Origin: a virus
Lineage: Duplodnaviria; Caudoviricetes
Reading direction: 5' to 3' (one strand)
IMG/VR virus record: IMGVR_UViG_3300020047_001679
Coordinates: 500 to 64,499 of that record
DNA: 64,000 bases
Shown here in pieces: positions 38,216 through 45,900 of this stretch; position 1 is the stretch's first letter, and every line of letters starts with the position of its first letter. The notes beneath the pieces are model-generated. The model did not search any database, had not been told where the DNA came from, and saw nothing but the letters and a program-made list of their open reading frames with translations. A program made the position numbers and the translations under genes.

Positions 38216-38479
38216 ATGGGATTTCACGTAATAGGAAAAAATATCTTAATAGTGCCTCAAGCCGAAGAAACAAAGTCGGCTGGGGGGTTAATCATGACTG
38301 TCTCTGACGCAGGAGAAGTTAGATACAAAAAAGCAACAGTCGTTGCTGCTGGTTCAACAGTGGATGGCATCAAGCCTGGGGCATTTATCTACTTTGATCG
38401 TGCGGCCGGTCACTCCATCCGCATCAATGAGGACCTATATACGGTCATCACTGAGAAAGATGTGGTGGTGGTATTGTAA
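38216..38479 (+). CDS. groES: Co-chaperonin GroES
   Basis: ETKSAGGLIM mobile loop, VVAAG, EKDVV; start moved to ATG 38216. Confidence 0.85.
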   Translation: MGFHVIGKNILIVPQAEETKSAGGLIMTVSDAGEVRYKKATVVAAGSTVDGIKPGAFIYFDRAAGHSIRINEDLYTVITEKDVVVVL

Positions 38480-38530
38480 ATCAGACAATAAGTAGTAAAT
38501 TTGTCTGTCCAAACTTTGATTAACAAACTT

Positions 38531-38550
38531 GACAGCCCGGAAAGACGGGC
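38531..38550 (+). promoter_or_regulatory. GACAGCCCGGAAAGACGGGC hairpin just after a TAAATTTG box
   Basis: GCCCG-GAAAGA-CGGGC stem-loop; promoter box at 38496-38503. Confidence 0.5.
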
Positions 38551-38555
38551 AAATT

Positions 38556-38629
38556 CGAGATATGGCGGAATGGTAGACGCATCTATGGAAACTTGGAAGA
38601 CACAGGTTCGAGTCCTGTTATCTCGGCTA
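38556..38629 (+). ncRNA. tRNA-like RNA lacking a canonical anticodon loop (pseudo-tRNA or tRNA mimic)
   Basis: Acceptor CGAGATA/TATCTCG; D arm GCG-GAATGGTAGA-CGC; T arm ACAGG-TTCGAGT-CCTGT; anticodon arm TCTAT-GGAAAC-TTGGA; ends G-CTA. Confidence 0.75.
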
Positions 38630-38642
38630 AATCAAATAAAAT

Positions 38643-38903
38643 ATGACAGCAGAAGCACACCCATCAGAACTTACACCAGGAGAAAAGCTAGTAGGCAAAA
38701 CATTCAACCCATCAGGAGATGATAAGGTTGCTAGAGCAAAAGCACTATGTGCTGAGTTAGCAGATATGATTTATGATGCTAAATTATTTTCTTACAATCA
38801 CGGTACCCTTACGGTATTAAAAGAGCAGTTAGCAGAAAGAGCATTAATGGACATATTGGCTGCTCAGATGATGGTTGTTAAGACGCTAACAATTAATCTT
38901 TAA
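38643..38903 (+). CDS. Acb2/Tad1-like helical-hairpin protein (putative immune-signal sponge)
   Basis: GEKLVGKTFNPSGDDKVARAKALCAELAD..A..I..AQMMVVKTLT resembles the FNPS..A.MW.VKA.T subfamily as recalled. Confidence 0.55.
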   Translation: MTAEAHPSELTPGEKLVGKTFNPSGDDKVARAKALCAELADMIYDAKLFSYNHGTLTVLKEQLAERALMDILAAQMMVVKTLTINL

Positions 38904-38907
38904 AAAA

Positions 38908-39081
38908 TTAAAGGTGACTACTACGCATAAAAAGCGTGCTGTCTTTGGTATTAGCCATTGAGCTAGTAGAAGCGTTATCTACCCGAAGTACAAGGGCTAG
39001 TTGATACTATGACTGTAAAAAGGATACATTGAGACGTTCAAAGTAGTTTAAATGGTAAGCTGACACACATTCAGCCTTTAA
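38908..39081 (+). ncRNA. Candidate multibranched structured RNA
   Basis: Nested helices TTAAAGG/CCTTTAA, GACTACT/AGTAGTT, GGTATTA/TGATACT, GCTAG/CTAGT, GTAGA/TCTAC, GCTGA/TCAGC; G-U pairs favour the + strand. Confidence 0.5.
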
Positions 39082-39137
39082 AAATATTAGTCGGTGGCTA
39101 TGGGTCGCATCAGGGGTTTTCCCGGCCGGCCACCTGA

Positions 39138-39650
39138 CTAAAACTTCTTATTCATTCGACCAATGACCCGATCATATTGCCTTTTGGCGAAGTGGTTGGG
39201 TCTTTGTGGTTGTATAGGTTTGATGTCAGATAGCTTAGGCACGGGTCGTTCTCCGTTGAGCATCTCGTAAACCATGCGTATGATGGTCTTGGCTTTGTAA
39301 GAAAGCTCATAAATAGCGCGTTTGTGTGGTTCGGGCTTGCGAAAATGTACCACAAGCCCTTTATCCATTAGACTTTTGCGTCTATTTTGGGTAAAATTAA
39401 AGATTTGGCAGTATTGGTCGAACTGATTGGCGTCAAAAACGTGCTCGGAGTACAGATAGCACAGCATTTCGAAGTCTTCTAGGCCCAATCCGTGCTTATG
39501 ACGAGCCCACGCACGCACTACTTTGATGTATTTTAGGTAGTCACGTTTCACTTCGAAGCGATTCACTACGATTGGTTTTGACTTATACTCCCTTACCTTG
39601 ATAGTCCTCGGCTGTATTTTGCGAGGCTTCATGTATGTTCTGATTGACAT
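39138..39650 (-). CDS. MarR/winged-helix-like transcription regulator
   Basis: L..LYSE..SLMDKGLVVHFR..AIYELSYKAK; lone antisense gene with its own TAATTTTG box at 39671-39678. Confidence 0.55.
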   Translation of the reverse strand: MSIRTYMKPRKIQPRTIKVREYKSKPIVVNRFEVKRDYLKYIKVVRAWARHKHGLGLEDFEMLCYLYSEHVFDANQFDQYCQIFNFTQNRRKSLMDKGLVVHFRKPEPHKRAIYELSYKAKTIIRMVYEMLNGERPVPKLSDIKPIQPQRPNHFAKRQYDRVIGRMNKKF

Positions 39651-39706
39651 TCGATTATATATTAATATTACAAAATTACTTATCTTTGTCAAATAATAAG
39701 AAGAAT

Positions 39707-39997
39707 ATGGATAAGAAAAAATCAATGACTACTGTTGGCGACTTAAAGAAAGTTGTTGGTGGTATGAGAAAGGCTCAGGTTGAGCGTGAAGATGAGCGTA
39801 CAATGCTTCAAAAGAATCGCAATTTAGGTTTAGCTCCTGCACAAGATAAAGCTGCTGCTGAGCGTATTGATCGTATTCGCAAGGAGAATGCATACTATGC
39901 ACCAATCGCAGAGCGTTATCAGGGCGTTATTGATAAGGCAACAATGAAGGTTCGTAACTCGAAGATGCCTTTAGCTCCAACAGAATTTAACGACTAG
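39707..39997 (+). CDS. Hypothetical basic protein
   Basis: Start MDKKK after a TATCTTTG box. Confidence 0.55.
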   Translation: MDKKKSMTTVGDLKKVVGGMRKAQVEREDERTMLQKNRNLGLAPAQDKAAAERIDRIRKENAYYAPIAERYQGVIDKATMKVRNSKMPLAPTEFND

Positions 39998-40224
39998 TGA
40001 AAAATATCATAAGCAAAGCGGCAAAGTACGAGTCCAAGGATTCCTTGGATGGTGCGATGAAGTTTTTAAAAGGGAATGTAACCATGCCAAAGCAAGAAAA
40101 AACACCAATGACACGTCCAATGCCTAAGTCGGTAATGGGTATTTCTAAAATCGCACCTGCAAAGAAGGCTGTGAAGGTTGCTAAAGTAGTGAAAGCTGCA
40201 AAAGCAATCAAGAAAATGTGCTAA
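39997..40224 (+). CDS. Small Lys/Ala-rich basic protein
   Basis: PAKKAVKVAKVVKAAKAIKK tail; GTG start overlaps the upstream stop. Confidence 0.5.
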   Translation: MKNIISKAAKYESKDSLDGAMKFLKGNVTMPKQEKTPMTRPMPKSVMGISKIAPAKKAVKVAKVVKAAKAIKKMC

Positions 40225-40367
40225 TGAAGAAGCTGAACAAATTAGGCGTCGAGAACTCATTGTGGAACAATATCCGTGCCAAATCCGGTAGCGGAAAGGA
40301 GCCAACTAAGGAAATGCTCAAGCAAGAAAAGAAGATTATTGCTAAAAAGAAGAATGGCAGACGTTAA
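40224..40367 (+). CDS. Small basic protein, 47 aa (not in ORF track)
   Basis: SLWNNIRAKSGSGKEPTKEMLKQEKKI; TAATG coupling. Confidence 0.55.
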   Translation: MKKLNKLGVENSLWNNIRAKSGSGKEPTKEMLKQEKKIIAKKKNGRR

Positions 40368-40659
40368 AAAAATGTTGGATCGTTATGGTCTTGAGGGTGT
40401 AAATAAACCTAAGAGACAGACATTGGGAGGAAGGTCCCATGTAGTGCTTGCTAAAGAAGGCGATGAGGTGAAACTGATTCGTTTTGGGCAAGCAGGCGTT
40501 AAGACAAACCAAACTGCAGGTCAGCGTGAGGCATTTAAGGCTCGTCATGCCAAGAATATTGCTAAGGGCAAGATGTCTGCGGCGTACTGGGCTAATGTTA
40601 CTAAGTGGGCTCCGTCAAAAACAGCATCACCATCTAAGAAATGGGTAAAAGGATCGTAA
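40354..40659 (+). CDS. Conserved basic phage protein
   Basis: NKPKR..SHVVLAKEGD.VKLIRFGQ..FKARH..SAAYWA. Confidence 0.7.
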   Translation: MADVKKMLDRYGLEGVNKPKRQTLGGRSHVVLAKEGDEVKLIRFGQAGVKTNQTAGQREAFKARHAKNIAKGKMSAAYWANVTKWAPSKTASPSKKWVKGS

Positions 40660-40934
40660 TGGGAGAAACTTCAGAGTTCTACAAGCACAACGAGGAGGCT
40701 AGAAAGAAGCGTTTGGCTTATCAAGCCCGTTACAATAAGCGTGCCGACCAAGTCGCTAAGCGTGTGGAGTTGAATAGGGTTAATAGACAACGTGGCCAGT
40801 ACGGGGATGGGGATTCCAAAGATATGTCGCATCAAAAAGATGGTAGGATTATAGAAGAATCAGCAAGAAAAAACCGCGGATCGAAATCAAATTCAGCAGG
40901 TGATCGTCGGGCTAGAGGTGGTAAGAAAAAATAA
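40659..40934 (+). CDS. Basic protein with a degenerate HNH-like motif
   Basis: GDGDSKDMSHQKDG..KNRG. Confidence 0.55.
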   Translation: MGETSEFYKHNEEARKKRLAYQARYNKRADQVAKRVELNRVNRQRGQYGDGDSKDMSHQKDGRIIEESARKNRGSKSNSAGDRRARGGKKK

Positions 40935-40963
40935 TTAACTTTGTATCTCAAATAATTCATAAG

Positions 40964-41092
40964 ATGAAAAAAGTTAGCAAAAAGACTGCGTTCGATATCA
41001 AAGAAGCTAGTAATCAAAAGTTGAAGCCATCTGCACGTAAGCACTATGCTGAGAATGCTCAGGCTGCAATGAAAAACAAGAAGAAGAAATAA
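40964..41092 (+). CDS. Small basic protein, 42 aa (not in ORF track)
   Basis: EASNQKLKPSARKHYAENA, after a TAACTTTG box. Confidence 0.55.
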   Translation: MKKVSKKTAFDIKEASNQKLKPSARKHYAENAQAAMKNKKKK

Positions 41093-41093
41093 G

Positions 41094-41357
41094 ATGGGTG
41101 TTTTAAATTACGTTCAATCTGGCCGTGCTGCAGCAGTAACGCCATCAGATACAGTTAATATCCCTAGTGTCTCAGGAGGCACAAATGACGAAGGTTGCAT
41201 CCTTTACATTGGTGGAGCAGGAAACTTAAAGGTTCTTACTATCGGTGGCGATGAGGTAACATTCACGGCAGTTCCAGTAGGTACAACACTTCAGGTTCGC
41301 GTTCTTCGTGTTTTTGCAACAGGTACTACAGCTACCGCTATTGTAGCTCTTTGGTAA
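41094..41357 (+). CDS. Head spike base-like protein (Rcc01079-like)
   Basis: AVTPSD..LYIGGAGNLKV..VTF..VPVGT.L.VRV.RV.ATGTTAT.IVAL. Confidence 0.65.
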   Translation: MGVLNYVQSGRAAAVTPSDTVNIPSVSGGTNDEGCILYIGGAGNLKVLTIGGDEVTFTAVPVGTTLQVRVLRVFATGTTATAIVALW

Positions 41358-41358
41358 G

Positions 41359-41511
41359 ATGACAGAAGAGGACTTGAAAATAGGAATCCTAAATGCGATG
41401 ACTTTGATGTTATCGTTCACCAATATCGAGGCGATGCTTCGGGTTGGATTGCTTGCTGTGTCAATTATCTACACAGGCTTTAAGTTGTATAACTTGATTA
41501 AAGGAAAGTAA
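41359..41511 (+). CDS. Putative holin (not in ORF track)
   Basis: 50 aa, two hydrophobic segments, basic C-terminus, upstream of the endolysin. Confidence 0.5.
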   Translation: MTEEDLKIGILNAMTLMLSFTNIEAMLRVGLLAVSIIYTGFKLYNLIKGK

Positions 41512-41513
41512 CA

Positions 41514-41735
41514 ATGTGGCGAATATTTAAGGATTCGAATGACATCAATGAGCAGTCTGTGGCTGCTTTTGTTGCTATTGCCCTTATCGTCATTATTGTT
41601 TTAGCAGTTGTTATTTCTGGCCTAATTGGACGCCAATTAGTTATTGAAGAATTTATATTTGTTTCACTTTTAACATTTGCCGCATCTTCATTGGGGATAG
41701 CGGGATGGAAATCAATCAATGGCAAAAACAGTTGA
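41514..41735 (+). CDS. Two-TM membrane protein (holin-like)
   Basis: Two hydrophobic helices; located in the lysis region. Confidence 0.55.
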   Translation: MWRIFKDSNDINEQSVAAFVAIALIVIIVLAVVISGLIGRQLVIEEFIFVSLLTFAASSLGIAGWKSINGKNS

Positions 41736-41838
41736 TGTCAAGAAGGTTACCTTTGGCGTAAGACGCAAGGGTAAGCACTCAAAAACAAGTGGTCCAAAAG
41801 ATAAGCCAACAAAAAAGAACAGAGGCCAAGGACGATGA
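41719..41838 (+). CDS. Small basic peptide ending RGQGR (not in ORF track)
   Basis: RRKGKHSK..KKNRGQGR. Confidence 0.5.
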   Translation: MAKTVDVKKVTFGVRRKGKHSKTSGPKDKPTKKNRGQGR

Positions 41839-41947
41839 AAACAGCCATTCGTATGGTTGGAGCTATAGTAGCTGTGGCCATGTGTATAGATATTTTATTT
41901 GTATTTTTGCATTTCTTTAACGAAGACTTAATCAGACAAATAATCAA

Positions 41948-42442
41948 ATGAAATTATCACCTAATTTAGATTTAGTGGAAGTGACTCGCTCTGAGTCAGC
42001 CAAAAGAAAAGGGATATCTAATAATCCCACACCAGAACACTTAGAGAATCTCAAGCGACTTGCAGAAAAAGTGTTTCAACCTATCAGAGAGCATTTCGCT
42101 ACTCCAATCAATATCAGCTCAGGCTACAGATCAAAGGCTTTGAATGCAGCAGTAGGTGGATCGACGACATCGGACCACTGTTATGGCAGAGCCATTGACA
42201 TAGATATGGATGGTTCGTCATCTGAGGTAAGTAACAATGACATTTTTCATTGGATAAAAGACAACCTTGAGTTTAAACAACTTATTGCTGAGTTTCCGGA
42301 CGCTAACGGTAAGTTAGGTTGGGTTCATGTGGCGTATGGCGATGGATTGAACAAGGGTGAGATTCTTATCGCGGTAAAGAAGGGTACAAAGACAATGTAT
42401 ATTCCATACAAAGGAAACGAAAAACGAGTATGCGAAAGTTAA
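41948..42442 (+). CDS. Endolysin, peptidase M15A family
   Basis: ISSGYRS..N..VGG..SDH..G.AIDID..WVHV. Confidence 0.9.
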   Translation: MKLSPNLDLVEVTRSESAKRKGISNNPTPEHLENLKRLAEKVFQPIREHFATPINISSGYRSKALNAAVGGSTTSDHCYGRAIDIDMDGSSSEVSNNDIFHWIKDNLEFKQLIAEFPDANGKLGWVHVAYGDGLNKGEILIAVKKGTKTMYIPYKGNEKRVCES

Positions 42443-42876
42443 TCTTATTATTATTTGTGATTATTGCTTCTTGTCGTCCAGTTAAAACGGTGACAGAATA
42501 TAAAGAAGTTGTACGTGTAGATACGTTTAAGATTGAGCGTTCTGCGAAGATACTTCCGGCCGTACATGACACCTTGATCATCGACAACCCGTGCGATTCT
42601 TCTGGCATTTTAAGCACGTTCTATAGCAAGATCAAGATACCACAAGGGCAAGTGGTAATTCGCTCCGTACGTGGCAAGATTCAAGCCTCTGTGGACATTG
42701 ATTCAATCGCTCACGTGTACGAGGATAAGTACAGAAGTAAAAGTGAGTCTAGTGTGCATACGAAAAACGTAGAGATTATTAAATACCGAGTTCCTACTTG
42801 GGCTGTAATTACTATTCTAATCGAGAGCCTAGTGATTGCTGGATTTATTTACTTGAAATTTTTGTTTAGAAAATAG
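42430..42876 (+). CDS. Putative unimolecular spanin
   Basis: N-terminal lipobox IASC and C-terminal TM helix with basic tail, directly after the endolysin. Confidence 0.65.
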   Translation: MRKLILLLFVIIASCRPVKTVTEYKEVVRVDTFKIERSAKILPAVHDTLIIDNPCDSSGILSTFYSKIKIPQGQVVIRSVRGKIQASVDIDSIAHVYEDKYRSKSESSVHTKNVEIIKYRVPTWAVITILIESLVIAGFIYLKFLFRK

Positions 42877-42923
42877 TATCTATAATTTTGCGTATTTTTG
42901 CTAGATAATAAGCAGATATACAC

Positions 42924-45900
42924 ATGAGTAAAATATCAACCTACCCTAAGGATACCAATGTAACAGGACAAGACCTTCTTGTCGGTAGCGACTGGAACAC
43001 TCCAGGGAAGATTACGAAGAATTTCTCGACAAATGCCCTAGCCTCCTACTTCAATAAGTCGGCTATTATTGACACTGGTCAATTCTCTTGGGAGTTTCTT
43101 CCATACAATAACACGCAGCCTCAGCCTGAGAAGACCTTCATGAAGGTCGATTGGTTAGATGATACAATTAATATCAATAACCTTGCTGGCGTATTGCGTG
43201 TATCTGCTTTAACATTAGGAAATACCCAACCAGGTGCGTTTATTGAAAACGAATGGGTTGGTAATAATATATTAATTCACCTTCCTAACTCACCAAGTGC
43301 TTACGCTATTTATACAGTGGATTCATTGGTGCCAGATGGTGATTGGTACTACTTAATGACTCTCTCTTACGTAGGTGGTCAGTCGTTTACAATACTAAAG
43401 AACGAACCCGTTGTGATGGGATACTTTGCGGGAGCAAATGTTATTACCGAAATCACAGGTACATTCCCTATCATTGTTAGCGAAGGCTCTATTCCTGATG
43501 TGTCGATTGACCCAACAGTTAAAGGAGAGTGGGACTTAGCTTACGATAACTCAATTGTATCGGCTGCGGTAACAGGAACGTCAACAAAAACGCTTACATT
43601 AACTCAGCAAGATGGCGGTACAATCACCGCTTCTTGGACTGACGAGGACACAAACTTAGTTACTTCTGTATTTGGAAGAACAGGTGCTGTGGTGGCTGTT
43701 AGTGGCGATTACAACACAAGCCAGGTAACGGAGTCGACTAATTTATATTTCACGCAAGCTAGAGCGATTGCTTCTCCTATTACAGGATACAACCCGACAC
43801 TAGGAACAATTACAGCTATTGATACAATCCTAACAGCTATCAATAAGTTAGCTGGTAGCTATGTGCCTTACACAGGTGCAACAAATAATGTCAACCTAGG
43901 AGAAAAAGGTATTACTGCAGGATATGTAGGGTTTGATTTAACACCTACAGGTACACCTACAGCAGTAGGTACAATGTATTGGGATGCTGCCAATAGAACA
44001 GTTGCTTTAGTTGACGGCGATGGAGACACAACATTACAGATTGGTCAAGAGGAGCGTATCTTAGTTCACAATAATACAGGATCAACTTTAACAGATGGTC
44101 AGTTGGTGTATGTAACAGGATCAACTGGAAACCTACCTTCGGTAGCATTAGCTAGTGCAGCGACAGAATCTACTTCTGCTGCGACCATCGGTATGATTAC
44201 CGAAACAATACTAAACGGAGCAGATGGATTTATTACCGTTAGTGGAATTGTTAACGGATTAAACACATTAGCTTTCAGTGAAGGTGATTTGTTATGGCTA
44301 TCTGATACACCTGGTGGATTTACAACAACAAAACCGATAAGTCCAAGTCACTTGGTGCTAATTGGTTACGTAATCAAGAAGGCGGGAGGAAACGGGTCGG
44401 TATTAGTTAAGATTCAGAACACTCAGGAGTTAAGTGAGTCATCTGATGTATTGATTAGTGCTCCGGAGATAGATGGCCAAGGATTATTCTTGCAGACTAT
44501 TTCAGGTGTTCAGTTGTGGAGAAATAGAAGCATTGTTGATGTACTAGGCTACACTCCTGCTGACGAGGCTACAACACTTACCATTAACGGAACGTCATAC
44601 GACTTATCTGCCAACAGAACATGGTCAGTCGGAACCGTAACTAGTATCGCTGTAGGATTGGGTACATCAGGTACAGATGTTAACGTATCTGGTTCACCAA
44701 TAACAAGTAGTGGTACGATTACATTAAATATCCCATCTGCTAGTGCGGTCAATAGAGGACTATTGACTCCTACAGATTGGACTACATTTAATAATAAGCA
44801 AGATGCAGGCAACTACATCACATCCTTAACAGGTGAGGCTACAGCTAGTGGCCCAGGTGCTGCTGCGGTTACATTGTCAACTCCGGCTGTAACAGGCAAG
44901 TTGCTAACAGGTGTGAACATCACGGGTGGCACGGTTGTGGCTACGGATACAATCCTTGAGGCGTTTGGTAAGGTTCAGAACCAAATAAACGGCTTAGTTG
45001 GAGGATCGATTTATAAGGGTACTTGGAACGCTGCTACTAACACACCGACTATTACGTCAGGTGTTGGTAACACAGGTTGGTACTATATTGTGTCTGTTTC
45101 GGGTTCTACTAACATTGACGGCATCACGGACTGGAATCTAGGAGACTGGATTATTTTCGATGGCACTGCTTGGCAACAAGTTGATAACACAGATGCTGTT
45201 GTATCGGTTAACGGCTACACTGGTGCTGTGTCGTTAGTATCATCTGATGTACCTGAAGGGTTAACGAATTTATACTTCACAAACGCAAGAGCAAGAGGTG
45301 CTGTGTCACTTACTACCACAGGTAGTTCGGGTGCTGCAACGTACGACTCAGTAACGGGCGTATTTAATATTCCGAATTATGCTCCAGATTTAAGTGGCTA
45401 TGTGCCTTACACAGGAGCTACCGGTGCTGTCAACTTGGGACCTTACGACTTAACGGTGAATGGCGTTCTTGTAGGCAAAGGAGCTGGAACAGGAGGAGAA
45501 AGCGTTATTTTAGGATACGAGGCTTTGCGTCTAAACACAACTGGCTATCGAAATGTGGCGATTGGTGCACGCCCTTTATGGAACAACACAACAGGTGTAG
45601 GGAACGTTGCAATTGGTGCAGAAACATTAATTAGTGCAATTTCAGGAAATATAAATATTGCGATTGGTGATAATACTGCAAAGTATATTACTACAGGATC
45701 GTACAATACTGTTATTGGACCTGGTTCAGGCTTAAACGGACTGACAACAGGTTCTTATAACACAATTATTGGTGGGTCTATAGCTTCGTTTGGGGATGTT
45801 TCAAATAATATTGTTTTGGCTGATGGTCAAGGTAATATTAAGTACAAGTGGGATGGAACTAATAATAATTTTTATGGAAACGCTATTTTCTCTGGAAATA

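Noticed and set aside
38556-38629. A functional tRNA (Leu, Phe or Ser) read from GAA/GGA in the loop
   Set aside because: There is no 7-nt loop with U33, no long variable arm to match the Leu-type D arm, and CTA replaces CCA; it is reported as a mimic instead.
38501-38722. 73-aa ORF spanning the tRNA-like element
   Set aside because: Its TTG start lies inside the promoter box, and it overlaps both the RNA element and the sponge-like gene out of frame.
39100-39125. Hammerhead ribozyme on the minus strand (CTGATG and GAAA nearby)
   Set aside because: The core reads CUGAUGC rather than CUGAnGA, and the helix order does not fit.
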